A program made the translations under genes and the position numbers. The notes under the pieces are model-generated. The model searched no databases. It was not told the origin of the DNA and saw only the letters and a program-made list of their open reading frames with translations. 64,000 nucleotides of DNA, taken from NCBI GenBank assembly GCA_020638635.1, contig JACKIE010000011.1, positions 914 through 64,913 on the forward strand, given 5' to 3'. Below are positions 1 to 8,836 of this stretch, piece by piece; the first letter of the stretch is position 1; each line of letters starts with the position of its first letter. The stretch comes from Planctomycetota bacterium (GTDB lineage: Bacteria; Planctomycetota; UBA8742; UBA2392).

Positions 1-78
1 ATCCGAAGATCGGCAGGCTACGCCCCGGCACTTGAGGAAAATTATCCGGACGTAGGCGCGGAGCGCCGGGGATTGGAG

Positions 79-148
79 TTAGGGATTTGGGCTTGGGGCA
101 CATCGCTGCAAATCCAAACCTGCCCGAGCCCCAAGCCCGAAGCCCTAA
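79..148 (-). terminator. Long imperfect hairpin overlapping the panC stop codon (terminator-like or REP-like)
   Basis: TTAGGGATTTGGGCTTGGGGC (79-99) pairs with GCCCCAAGCCCGAAGCCCTAA (128-148). The stem is about 21 bp with one mismatch and one G-U, and the loop is 28 nt. It lies at the 3' end of minus-strand panC. Confidence 0.35.
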
Positions 149-972
149 GCCCCGACGATGACGTTATCGATCAACCGCGTGCCGCCTACCCAGGCGGCTA
201 CGGCCACCAGGGTGGGGCCGGTGACTTCCGTTACCGGTTGCAGGCTGTCGGCATCCACCAGCTCGGCGTAGTCCAGCTTGTCCACGTACTCATCCAGTGT
301 GGTGATCAACTGGCCGCGCAGCACGGCCGCCGACGTTGTGCCGGCCTCGAACAGGCGCTGCGCCTCGGTCAGGGCCTTGCTCAGGCCCACGGCGCGGCGG
401 CGCTCGTCCTCGCTCAGGTAGCGGTTGCGGCTGGACATCGCCAGGCCGTCCGGCTCGCGCACGATGGGGCACACGATCAGCTCAAGCGGCATGTCCAGGT
501 CGCGCACCATGCGGCGCAGGATCAGGGCCTGCTGGGCGTCCTTCTGGCCGAAGTAGGCGCGCGTAGGCCCCACTATATGGAAGAGCTTGGCCACCACCGT
601 GGTGACGCCTTTAAAATGCCCCGGTCGTGACGCGCCGCACAGGCGGTCGCCCAGGCCTTCGACGGTCACCCAGCTGCAGAAGCCGGGCGGGTACATCATC
701 TCTTTCGTGGGCGTGAACACCGCGTCGGCGCCGGCCTGCGCGCACAGCTTCAGGTCGGCCTCCAGCGTGCGCGGGTATCTTGCGAGGTCTTCGTTGGGCC
801 CGAACTGGGTGGGGTTCACGAAGATGCTGACCAGCGTGCGGGCATTCTCGGCCGCGCTGCGCCGCACCAGCGACGCGTGCCCTTCGTGCAGGGCGCCCAT
901 GGTGGGCACGAAGCCGAGTTCGCCGCTGCCGCGCCACGCGCGCACGGCCTCGATGGTGGGAAGCGTTTCCAT
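145..972 (-). CDS. panC: Pantoate--beta-alanine ligase (pantothenate synthetase)
   Basis: 275-aa ORF. It has the PanC-typical N-terminus FVPTMGALHEGHASLVRRS, and FVNPTQFGPNEDLARYPR, and is PanC-like over its full length. Confidence 0.95.
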   Translation of the reverse strand: METLPTIEAVRAWRGSGELGFVPTMGALHEGHASLVRRSAAENARTLVSIFVNPTQFGPNEDLARYPRTLEADLKLCAQAGADAVFTPTKEMMYPPGFCSWVTVEGLGDRLCGASRPGHFKGVTTVVAKLFHIVGPTRAYFGQKDAQQALILRRMVRDLDMPLELIVCPIVREPDGLAMSSRNRYLSEDERRRAVGLSKALTEAQRLFEAGTTSAAVLRGQLITTLDEYVDKLDYAELVDADSLQPVTEVTGPTLVAVAAWVGGTRLIDNVIVGA

Positions 973-1046
973 GGGGGCAAGTTAGTAAGTTCCGCACGGA
1001 GGCACAAAGGCCTGCGACCAGCCGTGCTGTTTCTGCCGCCTGCCGG

Positions 1047-1529
1047 CTATGAGCCCTTCAACCTGGCGTAGGCATCCGCGAAGGGCTCGCCTGTGCGGGG
1101 GTCGCGCAGCTTGCTGGCGATCTGCAGCAGGGGCCACAGCACGAACTCGCGCTCGTGCATGCGCGGGTGGGGCACCTGCAGTTCGGGCCGGTCGATCAGC
1201 TGCTCGCCGTACAGCAGCAGGTCCAGGTCGATGGTACGCGGGGCGTTGCGGGGCTGGCCCTTGCGGTCGCGGCCCAGGTCGCGCTCGATGGCCAACAGGG
1301 ACTCAAGCAGCTCAAGGGGCGCCAGGCTGGTCTCAATCCAGGCCACCCCGTTCAGGAACAGGCCGGCGCCGGGGGGCGAATCCACGGGCTCGGTTTCCAT
1401 CAGGCTGGATTCGCGCACCAGCCGCGTACCCGGCAGCGCGCCCAGCCGGTCCAGCGCCTCGCGCAGGTTGGCTTCCCGGTTGCCCAGGTTGGAGCCCAGG
1501 CCAATGAATGCGTTCACGTTATCGGTCAC
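1047..1529 (-). CDS. folK: 2-amino-4-hydroxy-6-hydroxymethyldihydropteridine diphosphokinase (HPPK)
   Basis: 160-aa ORF with AFIGLGSNLGNREANL at the N-terminus, RTIDLDLLLYG, and the PHPRMHEREFVLWPL signature. Confidence 0.9.
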   Translation of the reverse strand: MTDNVNAFIGLGSNLGNREANLREALDRLGALPGTRLVRESSLMETEPVDSPPGAGLFLNGVAWIETSLAPLELLESLLAIERDLGRDRKGQPRNAPRTIDLDLLLYGEQLIDRPELQVPHPRMHEREFVLWPLLQIASKLRDPRTGEPFADAYARLKGS

Positions 1530-1644
1530 AGCATCGCGCCATTATTCCTTCGCATCCTGAGCGTGGATGACGTTTAATGGAAGGGCCGTGGCAGCAGATG
1601 CGTTGTGGCGGAACGCATCAGCAAAGAAAATCAGGATTTACATT

Positions 1645-3984
1645 ATGCGAGGACCGGCGCCTTCGGTGGTGCTAGTGATCCTTGGCCTATGCGTCGCGTG
1701 CGGCCTGTGCTGCGCCCAGGAAGCAAAGGAACAGCCGACTCCGACCGGCACCGATTTGCAGACGGAGTCCGTGTTCGCCGAGGAGATCAAGCAGCTGGAA
1801 ACCGCGGCCAATAAGGCCGCGCGTGTTGCTGTGTTTGAAGCGGTGCTGAAGAAGGCCGGCGATCTGAAGCGCACGCCTGAACCGCTTGTTTCGATCCTCC
1901 AGAACAAGAAGCCCGAAGCCACGTTCAACGACCTGCTCGAGTACCTGCGGGACACGCCGTCTGCGCGGCACGAGTCGCTGATCGGTATGCTGGTGCTCGC
2001 CGCCAACGATGCCGGCGACTCAGCCAAGGTCGCGATCGCTGCCGTGCGGGGTTACGGCAAGGCCGCTGTGCCCCGGATCTGTGAAATGCTGGCGGGTGAC
2101 CTTGCCGCCGAGCGCCTGGCAGCTGCCTCAATCTGCGGCGAACGCGTCGGCGGCGCGGCGGGTGTCGTGCAAGTGATCCCGAAACTCGTGGCGTCATTCG
2201 AGCGCGCTGAGCCTGACCTGACCGGTGTCGCGATCCGCAGCCTCAAGCGCATCGCGTTGCTGGAGTTTGAAACCGCGGACCAATGGAAGGACTGGCTGGG
2301 CAAGAAGAGCGCGGCGGAAATGCTGGCCGAGATCGCGGACCGCGAAAACGAAGCGCGCCGCAGGGCCGAGGAAGCCCGCAAGCGCGCGGAGTCCGAATTG
2401 CTGTCCGTGTTGCTGGATCGCATGCGCCAGAACGAACGCGACGACGCCAACGCGCTGATCATCCGGCTGCAGAATTCGGAATACCTTCCCGTGCGTCTCG
2501 AGGCGATCAAGCTGCTGCGCGAGTTGCTGCCCCAGAAGAAGGACGACGCCGCCAAGCCGATCATTGACGCGCTGGGCGGCACGCTCACTAACCGTGACGA
2601 AACCGAGGAGGTGCGAAAGCTGTGCGCCGTGGCCCTGGCCGAGTGCCGCAAGCCGGCGCTGGCATTCCCCTACATCGACTCCGCGCTGGCCGCCAACGGG
2701 ATCAGCGCCGACCTGAAGCTCGAGCTGGTAAAGGGCCTCAACGACCCCATGGCCGCCGCGCGCTTGGCAGAGCTGCTGCGGGCCGAGGTTGACGTCGTGG
2801 AGGCGCGCAGCGGCGCAGTGCTGGATACTCTGATCTCACAGGTTCGCAGCGTGGTGGCCCGCAAAGACGAGTCGGAGCAGAAAACGCTGGTGCTTGCCGA
2901 GCTCAGTCGCTTGCTCGAGTTGATCACGGGCAAGCTCGGCAGCGAACTCGAAGCGCCGGCGCGCAAGCGATACGTGGACCTGGCGGTCAAGACCTGCGAC
3001 ACCCTGGTGTTCATCGCGCGCGTTTCGCTGGTTGACATCTCCGCTTGCGCGGACGCGCTGCTGAACCTCTCGCTGACCGACAACGGAGCTGCTTCCGCGG
3101 CCCTGACCGCCCTGCGCCAGGCACTGGACGTCGAGTCGTCCCGCGCACCCGTGCTGCAGAAACTGACCGGCGAGCAAGCTGCCGGCCGTCTCAGCGCGCG
3201 CTACACAAGGCTGATATCGGCCGGCGACGAGGCCATGCTGATCAAGCTGATCGGATTGTACGAGGCAATGGGCCAGGCCCCGGAGCCCGTGGATGAGCTG
3301 CGCAAGCGCCTGCTGGACCGCGCCCGCAGCACCGAGGCCGTGCAGCCCACCAACCCCGACTCGCGCAAGACCATGCGAGAAGCACTGCGCGCGCTGCTGG
3401 CGGTGCTGCTGCAAAGCCGCGAAGATCACATCGCGCTGGTCAAGGAGTTGCTTGCCGCCGACTACGGCGGAAACGACGCACTCGGATACCTGATGGTGCT
3501 GCGATCAGACCGCGTGGCGATACTGACCTCATCGATGGAGCCGCTGATCGAGAGCAAGCCGCTGAAGCTGGCATTGCTCGTGGTGCGACTCGAACAGAGC
3601 CTCACGCAGGCGGAGCGCGACACCGCGGAGTACGTACGCTTCCGCGCCAGCCTGGACGCGGCCGTGCGCGCCGCAGTCGCCGACCGGATCGCCAAGGCGC
3701 TCAACGCGGCCATCGACGACGAGGTCAAGAAAGAACTCACCGGACTGGCCGGCGGGCCTTTGCGCGACCACTTTGTGCTGGCGGCCGTCGAGCAGTTGCG
3801 CAAGAAGCCCGAAGCCGGCGAGTCGCGCGAGACGGTCTCGGAGGTGCTGCTCTCCAGCCTGCGCCAGGTACACCCCAACAAGTACGAAGACGTCGTCCTG
3901 AAGGGTCTTGAGAAAGACGCCTTCGTGAAGGCGCTGGATGACCTGAACACCCGCCTGCGCAATGACGGCTACCAAGTGCCCTGA
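1645..3984 (+). CDS. Secreted or membrane-anchored HEAT/ARM-like repeat protein (function unknown)
   Basis: Long ORF. The ATG at 1645 gives a signal-like N-terminus, MRGPAPSVVLVILGLCVACGLCCAQE. The protein is alpha-helical and Leu/Ala-rich with a repetitive HEAT-like character. No catalytic motif was recognised. Confidence 0.6.
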   Translation: MRGPAPSVVLVILGLCVACGLCCAQEAKEQPTPTGTDLQTESVFAEEIKQLETAANKAARVAVFEAVLKKAGDLKRTPEPLVSILQNKKPEATFNDLLEYLRDTPSARHESLIGMLVLAANDAGDSAKVAIAAVRGYGKAAVPRICEMLAGDLAAERLAAASICGERVGGAAGVVQVIPKLVASFERAEPDLTGVAIRSLKRIALLEFETADQWKDWLGKKSAAEMLAEIADRENEARRRAEEARKRAESELLSVLLDRMRQNERDDANALIIRLQNSEYLPVRLEAIKLLRELLPQKKDDAAKPIIDALGGTLTNRDETEEVRKLCAVALAECRKPALAFPYIDSALAANGISADLKLELVKGLNDPMAAARLAELLRAEVDVVEARSGAVLDTLISQVRSVVARKDESEQKTLVLAELSRLLELITGKLGSELEAPARKRYVDLAVKTCDTLVFIARVSLVDISACADALLNLSLTDNGAASAALTALRQALDVESSRAPVLQKLTGEQAAGRLSARYTRLISAGDEAMLIKLIGLYEAMGQAPEPVDELRKRLLDRARSTEAVQPTNPDSRKTMREALRALLAVLLQSREDHIALVKELLAADYGGNDALGYLMVLRSDRVAILTSSMEPLIESKPLKLALLVVRLEQSLTQAERDTAEYVRFRASLDAAVRAAVADRIAKALNAAIDDEVKKELTGLAGGPLRDHFVLAAVEQLRKKPEAGESRETVSEVLLSSLRQVHPNKYEDVVLKGLEKDAFVKALDDLNTRLRNDGYQVP

Positions 3985-4069
3985 GCGCCCCGCCCAAATC
4001 ATTCGCTCCGTATCTGGCGTATCGGCCGGGCGTTGGTATCTATCGATCAACGTTTGATACTGGACAGCC

Positions 4070-5881
4070 GTGCACGACTTCCCGCTCAGCCAAATCCGCA
4101 ACTTCTGCATCATCGCGCACATCGACCACGGCAAGTCAACCCTGGCCGACCGGTTGCTTTCCATGTCGCATGCGGTGGACAAGCGCAAGCTGGTCGAGCA
4201 GACCATGGACAGCATGGACCTCGAGCGCGAGCGCGGCATTACCATCAAGGCCAAGGCCATCGCGCTGCCCATGACGCTGGATGGGCAGGACTACCTGTTC
4301 AACCTGATCGACACTCCGGGCCACGTGGACTTCGGCTACGAGGTCAGCCGCGCCATGAACGCCTGCGAGGGCGCCCTGCTGCTGGTGGACTCGACCCAGG
4401 GCATCCAGGCCCAGACGGTCGCCAACATGTACCTGGCGCTGGGCGCCGACCTGGAGGTTATCCCGGTCGCCAACAAGGTGGACATGGTGGCCGCCGACTT
4501 CGACCGTACCTGCAATGAACTCGAGGCCGCCTTCGGTACGGAAACAGCCAGCATCGTGAAGGTCAGCGGCAAGACCGGCCTGGGCGTGGACGTGCTGGTG
4601 GATGAAATCGTGAAGCGCGTACCGCCGCCCGTGGGCGACGTGAACGCACCCCTGACCGCGCTGATCTTCGACGCGGTCTACGACGACTACCGCGGCGTGG
4701 TGGTGTACGTGCGCGTGCGCGACGGCGTGCTGAAGGCCGGCGATCGCATCTTCATGATGGGCACGCGCAGCGAGTTCGAGGTGCTTGAGGTCGGCGTGGT
4801 GCGCATGGGCCTGCAGAAGCAAGCCGCGCTCAAGGCCGGCGAGGTCGGCTACGTCATCTGCGGCATCAAGACCGTGCAGGACGTGGGCGTGGGCGACACG
4901 CTGACGCTCAGCAAACACAAGGACGAAGTGCAGCCCCTGCCCGGATACAAGCGCCCGCAGCCCATGGTGTATGCGGGCGTGTACCCGACCAATGCAGCGG
5001 AGTTCGACGCGCTGCGCAAGGGCCTGCAGAAGATCACGCTGTCGGACAGCAGCATCACCTACGTGCCGGAACAGAGCGACGCGCTCGGCAGCGGATTCCG
5101 CTGCGGCTTTTTAGGCCTGCTGCACATGGAGATCTTCCAGGAACGCGTCGAGCGCGAGCTCGGCCTCGACCTGGTGCAGAGCGCGCCTAACGTGACCTAC
5201 GAGATCCAGCTGGCGGACAACAGTATCCAGCGCATCTCCAAGGCCGGCGACCTGCCTGACCCAACCCAGTACAAGGAAATCTTCGAACCCATCGTGAAAC
5301 TCAGCGTGATCACGCCGACCGAGTACATCGGCAACGTGATGTCGCTGTCGCTGGAGCGCCGCGGCCTGTTCCTGAACCAGGAGCACCTGGGCAAGGACCG
5401 CGTGCTGCTCAGCTTCAAGATGCCGCTGGCTGAGGTGATCTTCGACTACTTCGACAAGCTGAAGTCCGGCACGCGCGGCTACGCGACCATGGACTACGAG
5501 CAGATCGGCTTCGAGCCCGCGGACCTGGTCAAGGTGCGCATCCTGATCGCGGGCGAAGAGGTGGACGCGCTGGCCATGATCGTGCACCGCCAGTTCGCCG
5601 AGCAGCGCGGCCGCAACCTGCTGAAGAAGCTGAAGGAAGAGATTCCGAAGCACCTGTTTGTCGTGAACCTGCAGGCGGCGATCGGCGGCAAGATCATCGC
5701 GAGCGAGAAGATCGGCGCGATGGGCAAGAACGTGCTGGCCAAGTGCTACGGCGGCGACATCTCGCGCAAGAAGAAGCTGCTGGAGAAGCAGAAGAAGGGC
5801 AAGAAGCGCATGAAGATGATCGGCGGCGTCGAGGTGCCGCAGGGCGCATTCCTGTCCGTGCTGAAGGTGGACAACTCCTGA
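4070..5881 (+). CDS. lepA: Elongation factor 4 (LepA)
   Basis: 603 aa with a GTG start. It has the GTPase motifs NFCIIAHIDHGKSTLADRLL and DTPGHVDF, and a LepA-type C-terminal domain ending KKGKKRMKMIGGVEVPQGAFLSVLK. Confidence 0.97.
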   Translation: MHDFPLSQIRNFCIIAHIDHGKSTLADRLLSMSHAVDKRKLVEQTMDSMDLERERGITIKAKAIALPMTLDGQDYLFNLIDTPGHVDFGYEVSRAMNACEGALLLVDSTQGIQAQTVANMYLALGADLEVIPVANKVDMVAADFDRTCNELEAAFGTETASIVKVSGKTGLGVDVLVDEIVKRVPPPVGDVNAPLTALIFDAVYDDYRGVVVYVRVRDGVLKAGDRIFMMGTRSEFEVLEVGVVRMGLQKQAALKAGEVGYVICGIKTVQDVGVGDTLTLSKHKDEVQPLPGYKRPQPMVYAGVYPTNAAEFDALRKGLQKITLSDSSITYVPEQSDALGSGFRCGFLGLLHMEIFQERVERELGLDLVQSAPNVTYEIQLADNSIQRISKAGDLPDPTQYKEIFEPIVKLSVITPTEYIGNVMSLSLERRGLFLNQEHLGKDRVLLSFKMPLAEVIFDYFDKLKSGTRGYATMDYEQIGFEPADLVKVRILIAGEEVDALAMIVHRQFAEQRGRNLLKKLKEEIPKHLFVVNLQAAIGGKIIASEKIGAMGKNVLAKCYGGDISRKKKLLEKQKKGKKRMKMIGGVEVPQGAFLSVLKVDNS

Positions 5882-5951
5882 CGTTTGATTCCAGACCGAA
5901 ACAGTCCGTGAAAAGCAACCGGTTGCGCCGAGTGTCACAGCCCGCGAGCCC

Positions 5952-5971
5952 CTGAAACTAGGGGGTTTCAG
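5952..5971 (+). terminator. Small hairpin downstream of lepA
   Basis: CTGAAAC-TAGGGG-GTTTCAG: 7-bp stem and 6-nt loop with no clear U-tract. The CTAGGGGGTTT motif recurs at 6011-6021. Confidence 0.25.
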
Positions 5972-6209
5972 TCAATCAGACCTTCGCGTCGAATTTCCGC
6001 CACAAGTTAAATCTAGGGGGTTTATTCGCGATTTCCCCCTGTGTATACAGCAGCGACCGCGAGAGAAATCTGCACGCGAAGCTTCCGACAGAAACGCGTT
6101 CAGATCAGGCGGTGATTGAAACCGGAACGAGGCGGCAGTAATGAATGCGAGGCGCGGTTCAGCCTCGCGGCGGCCTGTTCCACGCGCCCCATGGCGTGAG
6201 GAGAGCAAG

Positions 6210-7382
6210 GTGCGAGTGCGCTCGCTTCGTTGGCTAACCGTCCTGGCATGCGCCGCGATTGCGTTCGGCGCGCTCGGCTACTCCGTGGCACAAGCCCAGG
6301 CGGTCGAGAAGATTCCCGACGCCGAATTGCCCGCGGGCGTCAAGGACGCCGGCGACTTCGCGGCGAAATGGGACGGCAGCGGCGATCACCCCGGCAAGAA
6401 GCTGTTTGACGGCGCCTGCGCCTCCTGCCACTCGCTGGGCAGCGACGCAAAGGTCGGCCCGGGGCTGGCCGGTTTGTATGACCGCGTCAGTAAAGGCCCT
6501 GCCCACGAGGGTAAGCCCGTGCAGCAGCGGCTGCTCGAGTTCGTCAAGACAACTGAGCCTGGCGGGCCGGACAAGTACTCGGCTGACCCCTATTTCAAGT
6601 CCGTGCAGGAATCAGTGGCCGGCCCCGGCGTGCAGATGAGCGCGCGCGGCGCCCTGGCAGCCACGGTGACCGACCGTGAAATCCTGGACGTGATCGACTA
6701 CATCCTGCGCTTCCGCGGTGTGGATTTCGTGGAAGCGGATTACCTGAAGCAGGTGGCGCTGGGACGCGAGCTGGTCAGCGGCGCAAAGGGCTTTGAGTAC
6801 GGCGGTCCATCCTGCACCGGCTGCCACACTGCGGGTGCTGACCACAGCCTGCGCGGCGCCAACCTGGCCGGCAATATCGCCGACACCTACGTGCTGGCGC
6901 GCCGCCGCGGCAAAGATGAAAAGCGCAACTTTGCCGACGGCCTGCAGGACATCTTGTCCGGGCCCAACGCACCAGCCGCTCACCACTACTACAAAGATGA
7001 GGTGGGCAGCGGCCCGTTGACCGAGGCAGAACTGCTGGCAGTGACGACGTTCTTCGAGCAGCAGGCGCGCGAAGTAGGCACCGAGCGTGACTCGAACTAC
7101 CTGCCGATTTTTGCGTTGCTGGCCGCGGCACTGCTGATCCTGTTGCTTGAGCCCTCGGTGTTGAACGTGCTTTTCGTGAAGGAAGACCACGAGTTCATCG
7201 ACGGACCCTACGCCGAGGAAGAGCACCACGACGGACACGAAAGCCACGAGCATGTGGCGGAACAGCCCGCCGAGGCCTCGGCCAAGGCGGAGGAAAAACC
7301 GGCCGAAGCGTCAACGCCGGTCCAGTCCGCCGAAGCTTCACCAGAGACCGAAGACAAGACGGAAGGCAAGAAGGAAGACTAG
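6210..7382 (+). CDS. Dihaem c-type cytochrome with a C-terminal membrane anchor and an acidic/His-rich tail
   Basis: Two CxxCH motifs (CASCH, CTGCH). The GTG at 6210 is preceded by AGGAGAG and gives the signal peptide VRVRSLRWLTVLACAAIAFGALGYSVAQA; the track ORF begins at 6141. There is a C-terminal TM segment, YLPIFALLAAALLILLLEP, then EEEHHDGHESHEH. Confidence 0.75.
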   Translation: MRVRSLRWLTVLACAAIAFGALGYSVAQAQAVEKIPDAELPAGVKDAGDFAAKWDGSGDHPGKKLFDGACASCHSLGSDAKVGPGLAGLYDRVSKGPAHEGKPVQQRLLEFVKTTEPGGPDKYSADPYFKSVQESVAGPGVQMSARGALAATVTDREILDVIDYILRFRGVDFVEADYLKQVALGRELVSGAKGFEYGGPSCTGCHTAGADHSLRGANLAGNIADTYVLARRRGKDEKRNFADGLQDILSGPNAPAAHHYYKDEVGSGPLTEAELLAVTTFFEQQAREVGTERDSNYLPIFALLAAALLILLLEPSVLNVLFVKEDHEFIDGPYAEEEHHDGHESHEHVAEQPAEASAKAEEKPAEASTPVQSAEASPETEDKTEGKKED

Positions 7383-7388
7383 AAGCCG

Positions 7389-8195
7389 ATGGCAGGCGAG
7401 TTTCGATACATCCCGCAGGACACCCTGAACGACATCGCCAACCTGGTGAACCCGGTGCTGGACGTGATCGTCCCGTTCGTCCCGTACATTGCCGTGATGG
7501 CGTTCATCCCGGGCCTGCTGCGCGCGGTGCTGCAGTACAAGATCGAGGCTTCGAAAGGCAGCTTCATCGACGCGGAAACGGACCGCAAGCTGCGCAGCGT
7601 GCCCTTCGCGTTCGGATTCTGGGGCCTGCTGACCATGCACCTGGTGCTGGTCGGCCTGCCCGGCATGGCCCAGTCGTTCGCCGCCAGCGAAGGCGCCCGC
7701 GCCACGCTGGAAGTGACCACCATGGCATTCGCATTCTTCGTGCTGTTCGGCCTGCTGAACGTACTGCTGCGTTTCGTCCTTGACTCCGACGTGCGCAGGA
7801 AACTCGGCAAGCTTGGCTATCTCGACATGCTGATTATCGCCACGGTGCTGCTGCCGGCGCTGGGCGTAGGCCTGTACGCGTGGTCCACGGTGCGCTGGGC
7901 CAGCGTGTGGACCGGCACCGTGCTGTGGCAGAGCTGGATCGACGCCTTCACCTTCAATTTCAACAACACAGCAGCCCTGAAGGAAATGCCGGTGTTCGTG
8001 AAACTGCACATGCTGGTGGCGCCTCTGGCCGCGGCGCATGTGCTGTACAGCCGGTTGCTGGCGCACCTGATCCTGCCGCGCTTCAGCCTGTGGCGCATGG
8101 ATGCCGTGCGCGACCAGCACGGCAGCGTGGGTGCGGTTGAAGCGGCGGCGTTGATGTACGGCATCTCGGCTGAAAAGAAGGAAGCGAAGCACTAG
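7389..8195 (+). CDS. Polytopic membrane protein, NarI/DsrM-like (possible haem-b quinol-interacting subunit)
   Basis: 268 aa starting 7 nt after the preceding cytochrome gene. There are about 5 predicted TM helices with His residues in helices 2 and 5 (TMHLVLVGL; KLHMLVAPLAAAHVLYSRLLAH), as in NarI-type cytochromes b. The family assignment is tentative. Confidence 0.5.
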   Translation: MAGEFRYIPQDTLNDIANLVNPVLDVIVPFVPYIAVMAFIPGLLRAVLQYKIEASKGSFIDAETDRKLRSVPFAFGFWGLLTMHLVLVGLPGMAQSFAASEGARATLEVTTMAFAFFVLFGLLNVLLRFVLDSDVRRKLGKLGYLDMLIIATVLLPALGVGLYAWSTVRWASVWTGTVLWQSWIDAFTFNFNNTAALKEMPVFVKLHMLVAPLAAAHVLYSRLLAHLILPRFSLWRMDAVRDQHGSVGAVEAAALMYGISAEKKEAKH

Positions 8196-8212
8196 GAGTC
8201 GCAGGAAACGCG

Positions 8213-8827
8213 ATGAACGCGAAGCTGGCAGTGTTGTTCTTCTTCCTTACCGTCGGATTCTCGATGCCGATCCTGCTCGGCATTCGGGAAGTCGCGGACG
8301 TTCAGCTGCCGAACCTGCACACCGGCTACCAGCCCGAGCAGCCGATTCCCTACAGCCACCGCCTGCACGCGGGCGTGCTGAACATCGATTGCCAGTACTG
8401 CCACACCGGCGCCGACGAAGGCCGCCACGCCACGGTGCCGACCGTGGACACGTGCTGGAACTGCCACAAGACGGTTAAGGGACGTACGGCGACGGCGCAG
8501 GCGTCGATCGCCAAGCTGGCCGAGGCATACAACAGCGGCGAAGGTGTCGCATGGAAGCGTGTGCACAACAACGCCGACTTCGTGTATTTCAGCCACCAGA
8601 CGCACGTCCGCATCGCGAAGTACATCGACGCGGACGGCAACGTCACCGATGGTATTGACTGCGCCTACTGCCACGGCGACATGGCCAAGGAAGGCGTGGC
8701 CAGGCAGAAGGAGCAGCTGACCATGGGCTTCTGCATCAACTGCCACCGAGACCAGAACGCGCGCCATGAGACGGCCAAATTGCCGGCCCGGGCGCCCGTC
8801 AACGCCTGCGACGCGTGCCACAGGTAA
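8213..8827 (+). CDS. actA: Alternative complex III pentahaem cytochrome c subunit ActA
   Basis: 204 aa with an N-terminal TM helix and five CxxCH motifs (CQYCH, CWNCH, CAYCH, CINCH, CDACH). It is the first gene of an actABCDEF-ordered operon. Confidence 0.85.
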   Translation: MNAKLAVLFFFLTVGFSMPILLGIREVADVQLPNLHTGYQPEQPIPYSHRLHAGVLNIDCQYCHTGADEGRHATVPTVDTCWNCHKTVKGRTATAQASIAKLAEAYNSGEGVAWKRVHNNADFVYFSHQTHVRIAKYIDADGNVTDGIDCAYCHGDMAKEGVARQKEQLTMGFCINCHRDQNARHETAKLPARAPVNACDACHR

Positions 8828-8836
8828 AGAGAGCCG

